Positions 50,108 through 63,300 of a DNA stretch of 64,000 bases are shown here, piece after piece. The notes beneath the pieces were generated by a model. It worked only from the letters and a program-made list of their open reading frames with translations, ran no database searches and was not told the origin of the DNA. Each line of letters begins with the position of its first letter. Positions within the stretch are counted from its first letter, which is position 1. This DNA is from Microthyrium microscopicum (Eukaryota), in the NCBI GenBank assembly GCA_010405405.1, contig MU004230.1:3258627-3322626 (forward strand), given 5' to 3'. A program made the position numbers and the translations under genes.

Positions 50108-51610
50108 ATGTGGTCAACCATCGCTATTACTGCGTCAGCGGCAGGTCTGCTGCTAGCTATTCCGGCTTCTGCGGAGGGTTTATACTCCAAGAACTCGCCA
50201 GTAGTTCAAGTTACGGCTCAGAACTACGGTCGTCTGATTGCCAAATCTAACCACACATCTGTAAGTTTGCTGGCACTGTTTGCTTAACCTTTGACTAACG
50301 GCTTTGTAGATTGTCGAGTAAGTTGCCGTCCGTGTCGTCCCTACGCCCCGTCTAACAATACGCTCCGTCTAACAATACGCTCCAGGTTTTATGCGCCATG
50401 GTGTGGCCATTGCAAAAACCTCAAGCCAGCATATGAAAAAGCTGCCAAAAAGCTGCAAGGTCTAGCGAAAGTAGCCAGTGTCAACTGTGACGACGACGCA
50501 AACAAACCGTTTTGCGGGGAAATGGGTGTCAAGGGCTTTCCTACCCTCAAGATCATCCGCCCAAGCAAAAAGTCTGGAAAGCCAACGGTGGAGGAGTATC
50601 AAGGCGCTCGATCAGCTAAGGCAATAGTCGATGCGGTAGTGGAAAAGATCCCGAATCACGTCAAACGTGTCACGGACAAGAGTATAGATTCATGGCTTGC
50701 TCAAGACAACGAGACAGCCAAGGCGATCCTCTTCACCGAAAAGGGTACTACAAGTGCTTTATTAAGAGCGCTTGCTATAGATTACCTTGGAAGCATCAAT
50801 TTCGGTCAGGTTCGTAACAAGGAGTCCGCCGCAGTGGAAACCTTTGGCATATCGAAATACCCATCGTTTGTCCTTCTACCGGGCGGAGAGAAAGATGCTG
50901 TCGTGTACGATGGTGAACTGAAGAAAGAAGGAATGGCAGAATTCTTGAAGCAGGTGGCTCAGCCAAATCCAGATCCCGCCCCAGCAGCGTCCAAGAAGGA
51001 CAAAGCCAAGGCGTCCATGAAGACGTCAGCAGCAAAGGACAAATCCGAGAAAGACACACCGCCATCTGAAGGAAAGCCACTTATCCCTGCAATTAATGAT
51101 GAAGCTACCTTGCGGGAGCGATGCTTACTTCCGACCTCCAAGATTTGTGCTCTGGTGTTACTGCCCAACATCAATCCCTCCAAGGAGTCCATCCCAGATG
51201 GATTCATAGAAAGCCTTAGAAGCCTCGCCGAAGTCTACGACAAGCATGCAAAACGTCGCTCAGCGTTCGCATTTTACTTGGTAGAACCATCGCTCGAGCT
51301 TGTGAAAACACTGCGCAAAGAACTCGGACTTGGGAACGAAAAACAGATGGAACTTGTGGCGGTGAATGCAAAGAAGCTATGGTTCAAGAAGTATACTGCT
51401 TCCGACTTTAAGCAAACTTCTGTTGAAACGTGGGTCGATGCTATTCGTATGAATGAGGGAAAGAAGGAAGCATTACCAGAGAGTCTCGTGGCGCAAGAGA
51501 CTAGGAAAGCGGATGATACCGAGGAGAAGGCTCAAGAAAAGCCATCGAACGATAAAAAGTCCGGGGACGAGAAGGAATCACAGAGTAAGGATGAACACGA
51601 CGAGTTGTAA
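50108..51610 (+). CDS. ER protein-disulfide isomerase family protein, Mpd1/PrpA type; exons 50108-50260, 50310-50317, 50386-51610
   Basis: Signal peptide MWSTIAITASAAGLLLAIPASA, then GLYSKNSPV, the spliced IVEFYAPWCGHCKNL, VKGFPTLK and a C-terminal HDEL. Confidence 0.93.
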
Positions 51611-52046
51611 GCTAACTTTCAATCTATCATGCATTACGATCACAATATTCTATAAATTGATTCCGTGGCGCGCTATTTTACACAGGTGTTGCGGTCATTG
51701 TCATACTTTCCGCTTCGAGGCGTCTTAGTGTCTCAATCGCAGATAGAGAGCCATGTGCCACCAGGCTGGAAATCCATATATAATGATCGTGTCTTCACTA
51801 GTGCCGAGGTTTTGACCTGTCAATCGGGTATCGACAGGAAATTACGTGGTACAGTAACGCGTGTAGCACGGATATGAGATGACATTGTCATCAAGACTGA
51901 AAGATCATGCCGTGTGATTGAAGAGCGAGGCGAAAATAGCTTGATTCTTCAACCTGCTCACCGTGGAATACGTGGACATTGTCGATATATCAGGATACAT
52001 TTGTTACCAAGCTGGCATCTGCAGCATATCTGGACTCATCATCGAC

Positions 52047-54286
52047 ATGGTCTTGCAAAGAGTCTTCTTGTTCGGTTTCTTTGTCTGGTCGCAAGTGGTG
52101 GCAGATGTTTTTGTTGTGGCGCCCCTCAAAGGGGGAGTGAATACAGTGACGGGAGCTAGACCTTTTCGAAAGGACCTCGAAACCTTGAATGGACCGGAGA
52201 GGGATCTGTATCTACAAGCAATTGCAGAAATACAGAAAGCAGACGAAACCGACAAGCTTTCTTGGTTCCAACTAGCAGGTTGGTACAGCCGTCGGCCAAG
52301 AGAATTGAGACGCAACTAATTGCAATATTCCAGGTATACACGGCTTGCCAGTAGCTACTTGGGACAATGTAGCGCCGTATAAGAATAACCCTGTGAGTAA
52401 GAACATCTCTAAGCATGGCAAACATACTCATATTGCGCAGGGGAATGTGGGCTATGCCGTTCACGGTTGCCAGCTGTTCCTTCCATGGGTATGCGACAAC
52501 TATTCCTGACATAAAGAGTACCATTGTTGAGTTCAGTTTAGCATCGAGCGTACGTCTTATTGCTCGAAAATATTGTCTCAAGCCATGCATTGGACATTGC
52601 CAAAAGATATCCAGTCGGGACGCGCTCAACATATATCACGGCAGCGCAAAATCTTCGATTGCCATACTGGGGCTGGGAAAAGAAGCCTGCCGTCCCTAGT
52701 CTAGTGATGGACAGGACGGTAAAGATCAACAGTCCCAATGGTCCTACTACAATCGACAATCCTTTGGAAGCATTTTCGTTTCATCCACCAATATCTCCGG
52801 AAGTAAGACAAATAGATGTCAGTGAAACCTGTTCTGGTCGTCTTCTAATGCTGATGTATCAACTTGCAGTGGGCATTTTACAATGGTGTGGATCGGACTT
52901 TTCGATGCCCGGATAGTCAATTTCATACCAACTATACAAAGTTCGAGGATGATTGGATATCAACTTGTGCAAACTGCAGAAAAGATCTATACTCTACCTA
53001 TATGGACGGGAGTGATTCATGGCCACAAGCAGCCACTGGAGGTGGAGGTAATATTGGGATTGAAAATATTCATGGCCAGCTGCATACTGTGCTGGGCGGC
53101 TATATGGTAGACATTCAAGCGAGTGCATTCGACCCGGCTTTCTTCCTTCATCACGTAAATGTCGGTAAGTTTACGTCTTTTCTACTGCTTCTCTCTCTCG
53201 CACTTGCACTCCGTGAAAGTTCGACTGTCTTGGAGGTGTTAGCTGTGTTATATTGGAGAAGCCTGAGCAGTAGGGCGAAGATAATAATTTCTCGAATCAT
53301 AATATCACTGAAAAGGGGGTTTATGAACATAAACCACTTAAGAAGGTGCTGGATCGGCCCGCTGCATGCCTGCTTATATTGACCAGAAAGATCCATGATT
53401 TTGCTCCTGCTCACTCTGATTAGACCGGATATGGGAGATCTGGAGCGCAATTCATCCTACCAACAAGTACATTGAATCAAGAACATGCAATGCCGAGACT
53501 TTTGCTTCTCCAGCACCCATTGGGGAGAACCTCACGAGTCCACTATATCCATTTCATATGGACTCGCGTGGCTCGTTCCATACTCCCCAGTCTGTTCATT
53601 ATACTAAAGGTAAGTATTGAACCTGACATTTTCAAAAAACCAAGTGCAAATAGCTAACAGTATCAGACTTGGGATATGCATATGAAGACGTCCAAGATTG
53701 GAAATTTAGCAACCCTGACCAGCTAGCAGCCGACGTGATCAGTCGTGTCAAACGAGAATATCAAGATCTAGCTGGCAAGAAATTCGTCTCACAGTCCGAC
53801 ACAAACAACACAGCTTCAGCAGCAACACAGCCTAAACGATGGATTATCGACTTCAACTTAACACTAGACACCGACCAATCCGCAATCGTCTACTTTTTCT
53901 ACGGCCAGCCACCATCGAATCCAGACACGTGGAAGACAGCAGAAAACTTAGCAGCATTCCAAGCAATCCCAATGAACGCGCAGATTACATTGAGGTCAGC
54001 CCAAAAGATCATCGCGCCCATTGACGCCAAAGTCGCATCATCCGGCAATAGCAAGGCAGTGGCTCCGCCTGCTCCTTTGACCGACGGTGCAATCCCACAG
54101 TTTCTCAAAGATCAGCTTGACTGGCGCGTTGCAGTCTCAAACGGCTTGAACAGCACGATAGCGACGGCGCCAAATATCACGATACAAGTGGGCGATCAAG
54201 CAATTCTAAGCGTCGACGATAATGGGCTGACGAAATATGGCTCCATAACAATGCATCCTGATCTTGCTTGGTCATGCACCAAGTGA
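52047..54286 (+). CDS. Secreted tyrosinase-like (type-3 binuclear copper) protein, multi-exon, with C-terminal domain
   Basis: Signal peptide. Spliced CuA: SWFQLAG|IHGLP, GYAVHG, LFLPW|HRAYV; RLPYWGW. CuB: IENIHGQLH, SAFDPAFFLHHVNV|DRIW. Later PLYPF and LGYAY motifs. Confidence 0.9.
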
Positions 54287-57245
54287 AAAGCTCTCCAAGC
54301 CAGCTGGGCACGAGAGAAAGGTAACGATTGCAAGATCAGCTGTTTTTGCCGCTGGATTATTTTAATTTTCTGTTCTTGGTCCACTTTGAGCGTGGGTTGT
54401 TTCTCCACTGTGTGTCAAGAAGCTGTAATGGATTATCGTGAATGGCCCAGAATGGATTAGTTTAGTTTGAGTTTTGTTTTTCTCTCGAGTAATGGTTGTC
54501 AGCTTGTCATTCTGCAGCAGGGGTAGTTTTTTCTAGTTCGATGGAAAATTTTCAGTTGTACGGCATCGCAAAACATGACCAATAAAAGTCTGCTGGTAAT
54601 ACTGAATCCCTGTGTAATTCATGGTGAATGGCTTCTTGTGATGCTTGGAGGTTGTCATCAACTTACCATAGTGTCGGATTCGGGACAGGTGTGGTATACC
54701 GGAGGTATGGAAGTGATATCAGGATTTTACTTACTCTCATCTGCACTCCTAATTGCATATCGGTATGTCCTGCTGTAAAGAAGTTCGATATGTAGTTTCT
54801 CAGCTTTTAGTGCCAAGCAAAATCATGACCTTTGTTGGAGGCAGAAGAGTTATGCTGTGCAACGAAAACATGTAGAATGTGCGTGAATGCGTTCACTCTT
54901 CTGAAGATGGCTGGACCTTGAAGTCTAGTAGGCTAATACTCCATCCATTGACTAATATTGAGTAATAGCCGACCATAGCATACGCACTTGAGCACGCCCA
55001 TACGCAAGTTTCCTGGATGTATGGAGGAAAGTAGGAAAACAGACACGCGACCGGTTTCCTAAAGTAATAAGCGGGAACGGTGTCGGCATATATCCCTGAG
55101 AAAGAAGTTGAAGTCTATCGTGAGATACCAATCTCATCCGCGGAGATTTTCCAGTCTACGTCAGACAAGACGGACATAAAAAGCGAATTCGTTCACCTGC
55201 AGTACGCAGCGAAATGGGAACCAGTTGAGAAGATTCTGGTTAGTCAATTGGTATACCGAGTGCCATCCATAAGCCAGGATCTTGTCTTGATGCAGCTCTC
55301 TCATTCGAGGAAATACAAACTTTCATGTAATGTGCGGTTGAAGCCGGTGGCATATGCAAGTCATCGCGGCCGTAGAAGAAGCATTTCTCTGTCTGGAAAA
55401 GAATTGCGCAGAAGAAAAGAGACCAGATGGTGTCCTCGAATCCGCCACATTTCTTCTTTTGTTCAAAAGTGGTGTTCAGCAACCTGGTATTCCCATCGTT
55501 CTCGGCGAACTCGGGGCTGGAGCATGGAGTCATTGGCCAGCTTTTCAAATGTGGGGTATGCAGCTAAATATTTCCGTGCCAAAGGCACTAGACCTTTCGA
55601 TTCTTGCGGATGTATGGCGATGAAGCATGCGCACAATGAAGGAAAAACAAGGATGACCTTGCGATAGACTTGATGATTGGGGTCAGAGTTCTATACGTGG
55701 CGTGGTTCAGTTCTGACGACGCCGCATGCCGTTGAAGCCTTGACGAAGTCTGCAACCTCAGGTGACAAAATGCATCTAAACCTAGCAGGCTTGTACGGCT
55801 TGGTAGGCATAGTTAGGTGCAAAGTGTAAGGTTGAAATGCTGTGAGACCTTAAGGCGAGAGCTTACACCAATCAACTCCAGAGTAGATACTGGACTCTGT
55901 AAGTTGAATATTTTTCATCGGACGCACATGAGATAGGCCACTTCAAACTTACCCACGTGTCAAGCTCTCTAGCATTGACGGGAAGAAGTAAGTCTGAAGC
56001 AAATGCAAGTCCAGTTGTTCAAATGCAATGGGAGAAAACTTTGCAGCCAAAAAGCACGAAGACGATAGTGTTGATCGCGTAACACACGTGAAAAAACTTG
56101 GCCTTTAGGGAGGTAGCCTCTAGCAACTGGATAGGAGGATCTCCAACATCCCTGGTTTGTTCTGGATGTTCCTGAAGGCGACTGAATTTGCTGCAGTTGA
56201 GGTTGATCCCCTTGGCGTGGAGTGACGACTAATCCACGGATGCCAGAGGTAGAAGTACACGAGAGCAACGGAACGAATCACGGGGCGGTCGAAAGCAGCT
56301 GTCTCGGAACCAGTTTTCCATACAATGTCTTTTCTCTGCAGAATCCAATGCACTTTGGTACTCAATGGAGCCAGCGGCTTTGCCGGTGGACCCGGAGTAT
56401 CGTGAAGTTTTCTTGAGTTTTGTCACTAATCCACCGCATCTGCTGTTGTAAGGATCATTTGACCTGCGAAGAACCCAAGGCGTTGTCAAACATAGGGGGT
56501 ACTGGGACCACGACTGCCCCTAGATGGCCATGGCCAAGTTGATAGTCCAGCTGATGTTGAAAAGCGGCGGCGACGATAGAGATAGGACAGTTCACCGACA
56601 AGTGTATTGAAAAGCGATTGGAAGTGTTTGATGGTTGAGAAGGGGTCATTTGACGATGAGGTTGCACAGTAACGAGCCAGTAATATCGATATCGGTGAAG
56701 AGTCGATGCTCATTTCATCGTTGGTGGCTGTTTTTGGCCACTTGTATGACGCGTAATAGCGGCTAACCTGTTTACATCAGAGAACACCAAAACCAAATCC
56801 TGTAACCCCTAAATCTTAACTACAATTCTAATTTAGTAATGTATTCCCCTATTTATAATAATTTTAAGACCTATTCTAGACTCCCCTTAGTGAGGGCTAT
56901 CTTTAGAAGGTATTTTTAAGAAAATTTATTTTTAGTTACGTAGTATTATAAAATATCTAAAACCTTAATACTTTATTATAATATTCTTAGTATATAAGTA
57001 ACTACTATCTCTATATAAATAAGAATAGACCTAGTATATAGTAGAGAGTAGTAAAGAATATATTAGGTTTCTAAGCTTAGAAAAAGTAAATACTATATAT
57101 AGATATAGTTAGTAGGGTATATACTATATAATATTAGTTTTAATATAATAATAAATTAAAGGGCGCTACGTAATAATATTATATATTCTTTAATAAGTTA
57201 TTTATAAGAAATTCTTTTATTTATAGATAGTTTATAAGTTCTTTT

Positions 57246-57330
57246 CCTTTTCTAACCTCTATCTACCTTTCTTTTCCTACCTTTTCTCCCTTTCCTAACC
57301 TCTACCTACCTTTCCTTTCCTACCTTTTTT
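57246..57330. repeat. Pyrimidine-rich ~43-bp tandem duplication upstream of the transposase relic
   Basis: ccttttctaacctctatctacctttcttttcctaccttttctc / cctttcctaacctctacctacctttcctttcctacctttttt. Confidence 0.8.
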
Positions 57331-57429
57331 CTCTTTCCTTTCTACTTTATTTACTAATAATTCTTTTAGAATGCTTACTTATTATATTAATTTAAAGGAG
57401 TATTACCTTAATATTGAATATCTTATTAA

Positions 57430-58900
57430 TAATAAGGAGTATATATACTAAGATTTACTTAAGTAGTTAAAAAAATGTTATAATACTAAAGTATCTTTTT
57501 TAACCTTACGCTATAAGATTAAAGAATAGAAGATTATTATATAAAAACTGCTTAAAATTATAGGAAAACTTAAGAAACTTACTAAATAGCTATTCTATTT
57601 TTAGAACTATAATAAAAAAGAGCTTTATATTTTTCTCTAGGTCTATAGCTATAATATAAAACTATAGATACTTTAGCAACTATATAAGAAACTAGGACTT
57701 AAATAGTAAAACCTTTATATATCTTAAGAAGAGAGGGAAGTAGTATATGCTAAAGATTTAGTAGTATTTTAAGCTAAACTTAATAGATTATATATTAGTA
57801 TTAAGAATTATAAATATTACCTAATAGCTAATAGGCTACGTAAATAAGGATATAAGGTTTTATAATAAATTCTATAGTAGATTTAGAAGGAAGTAAATCC
57901 TAAAGCAGCATAAGCCTACTAGAAGTAATCTTATTAAGTATAAGGTAACTATATTGTTAAAGGGCCTAACTAGGTCTAGTTAGTTAATAAGTATAATAAG
58001 CTTAAGAATTTTAGAATTAAAATATATATATATATTAACGTATTTTCTTAATATATTATTTAGTACTATATTAGTATCTTAAATACTATAAGCGTTAGTA
58101 CTCTTTACTAATACTTAGATAATTTGCTTAATATACTAAACCTTATTTAGCCTTAATTTATCTAGTTAGATTATAGAGATAAGATAGTTATAATAGTAGA
58201 CGCGTATTATAAGCTTATAATAGAGAGTTAGTAGCAAGTAATCCTTTTTAAAGATTATTATCTTTATAGAACTAGCATATAGAACTAGTAGATTAAACGT
58301 TAGTAAGAGGAACTAAGTAGTAGAGCGCTTATAGAGTAGAAAGTATAAAAGAATAGTACCTACCTTTATACCTCTTTATAACTAATATTATATTCTTTAG
58401 TTATTTTTTAAATCCCTAGAAGAATAGAGAGCCTACGCAAAGGACAAATATCTAAACTATATAGCTATACTAGCAATCTTTATGCTATACTTATAAATAG
58501 TTGTATAGGAATATATTACTAACTAGAACTCTTATAAGATTATAAATAATAAAAAGAAAAGGCCTTACGCTATAAATAGAAGACTATACTTCTTTTATAT
58601 AATAGCTCCTAGTACTAAATATTAAGGGTTACTAATTGCTAGAGAGCTAGTAGAGGAGAGGAAGTAAGTAGTAAGTAGATAGGATAAGGATGCTTATCTA
58701 TTAGTAGACATATATAAGCTATATAATAGTTTCCTTACTTTTATTAATTTTAATCTTAATAAACTTCTTAGTAGAGAATAAGGTAGGCTAGGTAAGCTAT
58801 TTATTTATATTTATTTCTAGCTATAATAATTCTTAGAGGTATATAAAGAGTTAGAGATAGAGCTATGCTTAAATTTACTTCCTACTCTAATTAGTAGTAA
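57430..58900 (+). pseudogene. DDE transposase relic: N-terminal HTH repeats plus integrase core (IS3EU-like / Clr5-associated integrase family)
   Basis: De-RIP translation: YIVKGPNWVWSVDGHDKLKNFGIEIYACIDAFSRYIIW (~57950-58063), FIRSDHGDET (~58160-58185), CYLYGTSTQNQRIERWW (~58256-58306), an intron at ~58343-58400, then NWNSHKI...RP. The family label is from recall of these motifs; boundaries are approximate. Confidence 0.8.
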
Positions 58901-59549
58901 GTAATTTATTATAAATTACCTAAATTATTCTATAGTTATAGTAACTATAAGGATATTATATAATAAGATTAGCACTAAATACTTATTAGCTAAGGAAAGT
59001 AGAGAGGCTAGTCTAGCCTCTAAATTAGAATATAATTTAGACGTATTAGGAGAATTTTAAGGTTCTAATTTAATAAGAATGCCTTAATCTTATATTAGCA
59101 CTTATAAGGATATATAAATTTTTAATATAATATACTTTAACTATAAATTTTTAATATAATATACTTTAACTACTTTTTTAAGAATACCCTATAAGGTAAA
59201 GTATAACTAATATTTCTAATAATAAATCTTACTACTTAAGAAATATTTATTATTTTACCTTACTATTATTACTTGCCCTAATAAATATTATCCTATCTTA
59301 ATAAAATAACTCTATACGTTTATTTAATAGCTACTATTATTAAATAGGACCCTAATAGTTAATAGCATAGCCCTACTTATAAACTAGGCTTAATTTTAAC
59401 TAGCTATTATGAAAAAGCGCCTCTAGGCATAATAATTAATTATAAATAGAAAACTAAGCTATGCTATTATACCTACTTAAAACTAATAAATATACTTCCT
59501 AATATAATAATACTTATAGAAAGTGATAAGCTATTTACTATGCCTTACT

Positions 59550-60800
59550 ACTCTAGCGCTAACCTAAGGTAGTATAAAGGGCTATTACTAAAGCCCTATA
59601 TTATTATAAATCCTTAGGATATTATTAAGATTAGTGATTCTCTAGTACGTTAATCTTTAGTTAAAATAGAAGAAAATATAGAAGCAAATAGCTATTAACC
59701 TTCTTTAGTAAGGGCTCTTAAAGCTTATACTAATTAGGTAAGATATAATGCTAGAATAGGTAAAGAATTAACTTAGGTAAAGGCTAATTAGGCGGCTACG
59801 TTAAGTTTAAAGGACTAACTAAAGAAAGGTACGTAATATTATTACGTAAAAAGTATTAAGAAAGATCTAACTAATAAGCTAAAACTAGCCTAACTAAATA
59901 TTAAATAGTATATTTAGATTTTAGTATATATTATAGATTAGGTAATTAATAAAGATAGAGATAAGTCTTTAGAAAAAAAGGTATAAAAGTTTTATAAGTA
60001 GGACATTTTGCTAATAATATATACTAACTATCTACTAGCGTTTAAGATAACTTGTAGATTTATTACCTATTAACTAATCTAGAACTTTACTAATTTAGTT
60101 AAAAAATAAGTTATAAGATACTTCTCTTAAGCTATGCTAGAGAAGTATTACGAGCTAGGAAAAAAGCTTGTTTTAGCCTCTTACGTTACTATATCTAAAT
60201 AGCCTTAGGTTCCCTAAATTATTTTAAATAACCCTAATACTAATAAGCTAATATTTACTAATAACTTTATAAAAGCTTCTATAATTAAGTTAAAGAAGGT
60301 AGGTAAGGATAAGGTATACTAATAATATATTATTTTTAAAAAAAGATAATTTATAACTCCTAAGCTTAAGTCTATACTATTAATATTAAGAAGCTAATTA
60401 ATACTAATACTTAGCCTAAAAAAGGTTATTAAGAAAGATTCGTTTGTTAAAACGGAGGATCTAAAGCCTCTTATAATTAATACTTCTAAATTTAAGAATC
60501 TTTAGTTATAGAAATTACCTTCTTTAAATAATAATAAGGAGGAGCCTTTATCTAAACCTATAACCCTAGTTATAGAGGACAATAAAGGCTTAGATTATAA
60601 GCTTAATAAAGAGGATAAGGATAATAAAGAAGGTAATAAGGACGATGCTAATACTACTTTTAGAGCTAGTAAAGAGTAGTCTAATGCTAATATTGCTTTT
60701 AGAGCTAGAAAAAAGCTGCTAAAACTACTATATAAGTACGTAGCTTTATTATAGCTAGACCTAGGTAAAGGCTTATGAACCTATATAGTAGTTACTTATA
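59550..60800 (+). pseudogene. Unidentified RIP-degraded multi-exon ORF relic with an acidic C-terminal region
   Basis: ATG at 59550 followed by a frame whose stops are TAA/TAG; intron-like gtacgt at ~59829; acidic codon run gaggataaggataataaagaaggtaataaggacgatgct at ~60610-60650. Confidence 0.45.
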
Positions 60801-62199
60801 GTAATAATTAGACTAAGCCTTAGTACTTAGTAAATTAATATATCCTACTAGTATATTTATCTATAGTTAGGCTAAAGGGTAGGCTTAGACTATTTAGTTT
60901 TTCTTTAGGGGTTTTATATTAGCTAGTTTTACTCTTTAATGGATAATTCTTTTATATTTATTAGTTTAATACCTACTATTAAGCTTTAGATATCTTTATA
61001 AATAACTAATTACTTATTTAAGCTACTTATAGTAGGTAGTTATACCTTATTAGCATAATAGGTAATATTAACGTAGGAGCTATTATCTAATAGAGAAGAC
61101 TATAAATATCTATAGTAAGCATTCCTATTAATAGCTAGGACTCTTAGTAAGTAGTAAGGCTCTTACTTTCTTATTAATTTATTTTAGATAGTTGTTAAGC
61201 CTTTTAAGTAGTATACTAAGAGCATAGATCTATATAGTAATAGGCTTAGGCGCTTAAGTAAGAAAGTAGATAGTAAATATCCTAGCTTACTTAGGGTACC
61301 TTAGTATCTTACTAGTAGTAATACTATACTAAAGCGTTTGCTATATAATTATCTATTTAGCTAGTTTACGCTATGCTCTATTTATATCTTTATTTACTAA
61401 CTTATATACTACTCCTTATAAATAAATTATAATAAAGAATTTTAGTTTCTTAAATTCTAGCTATAAAATATTAACTTTATACTCTAAGTCTTAACTACTA
61501 GTATATGTTTATACATAAACCTTAAACTTAAATAGAACTAAATCTTAGTAAGGGTATTAGCCTTTCTTAAAATAGGGCTAACTAATTTAATAATATGTTC
61601 TTATATAGGGCTACGTATATATTATAAAATAATAAGTAACTAGCTTATTAACCTATTATACTCCTTCTTTATTCTACTAAACTAATACCCTTAGAATCCT
61701 TAAGTAGTTTATTAACTTATAAGTTAAATCTAAATAAATATTAGTAAGCATAATAATTAATATAGTTTATTAAGCAAAAGTTATAAAATATAGTATAGAA
61801 AACTACTATATAAAGATAAAATAGTTAAGAAATAAGCTTAAGGAATTTATATAATATTACTATAAATACCGCTAGAATTAGAACTACTAACTAAAAATTA
61901 AATTAATTAAAAGTAGCACTAAACTATGAATTTAGAGGCTAAGGAAGTTATTAGTTAAGTATTAATATATTTCTATAAAAGATTAGTTATATTTCTATCT
62001 AATACTATTAGCTACTTACTAGAATATATAATAATAATTATTAAGCTTTAACTCTAATTTTAATAAACTTTCTTAGGCTACTAGTTTATAGAAGAGTTAT
62101 AGTCTTATTTAAGATAGATATAATATTAGTTAATAGGAAATAACTTAAGAAGAGTTAATAAAGTTAATTATTAGGCCGCTAGGTACTTAAGAGTAAAGG

Positions 62200-63300
62200 T
62201 AGTAAGCCCTTTAATATCTAGACTATATCCTTCTAAGACTCTTTAATTAAGAGTAACTCTATTTTTTTCTTCGTACATAATATAGTTATCTATATCCTTA
62301 TTATTAAATTTATAATAGCGCTCTAATAACTTCTTACTATTATACTTACAAAGAGGGTAGCCTTTATTAAAGTTAACTTTCTAAACTAATTACTTATTCT
62401 CTCCTTATTCTTTCTTAATCTTTACTCTATTTATCTCTTTTAAAGCTCTTAAAGATATATCAATTTTTTTAGCATTATTTAAAATATAAATAGGCTAGTA
62501 ATGCTCTCTCTATTTAGTACTATTTATCTAAATAAAGCTTGCCTTAGTCTTACTTATGCTTTTAAGAATTCTTCTTACTTACCTATATAATTTCTATAGT
62601 CTACCTTAAAAGCGTATTAATAATATTAATACGCCCTTACTTTCTAAAAGATTTAAGTTACTAAACTTAACTAATAAGCCTATTATATTACTATCGTAAT
62701 CTATATATATTTTTATCTTCTTTACTTTTAAATGTGCTCTAAAAATATCTAACTTCTCTTTACTATCTATATAGTATTAAAGGTCCTTATAGAAGGGCTC
62801 TAGGTAAGATTCTTTAATTTAATATTATATTATATTAATTTATATCTAGTTATTAGTATTAAGGATTTAATTAAATCTATAACCCTTAGAGTAAATATTA
62901 TTAAGATAATATATAGGACGAAATAAAGCTTATAAATCCTTAGCTACCCCTTAGTAAACTAAGAGAGTAGCTAGAAACATATAAGCTTTATTTATTTTAA
63001 GGACTTTTTAGCTAAATCCTTTTATATTAAAATGTCTTATAAAGTAGTAACTTTAACTATAGAGTAAGATCTAGAGAAAGTTATACCTATATTAACTTAT
63101 AATTTTAATCTATCTTTCGTCCTAGATAATATACTACTAAAAGGTATACTATACTAAAAGAGGGTTAAAATTAACTTATATATACTTTCCTTAGTATTTT
63201 TAAGTCTATATCTTTTAATATTAAACCCTAACTGCCTTCTAGATAAATTAAGAGAATAATTAGGATCTAATATAGCTTTAGAGGAGCTAATACCTACCTA
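62200..63300 (-). pseudogene. Unidentified RIP-degraded ORF relic
   Basis: One minus-strand frame over ~62640-63060 reads as plausible protein after de-RIP (...YLEPFYKDL...LDIFGAH.K.KK...) and ends at a GTAAG donor. Family not recognised. Confidence 0.35.

Noticed and set aside
54900..56713. Cluster of short overlapping ORFs on both strands
   Set aside because: No recognisable domain and no consistent splice model. It could be a degenerate gene, but I cannot support that.
56811..56940. tgtaacccct... as a solo LTR
   Set aside because: No matching ...gttaca end with a TSD and no second copy in the window.
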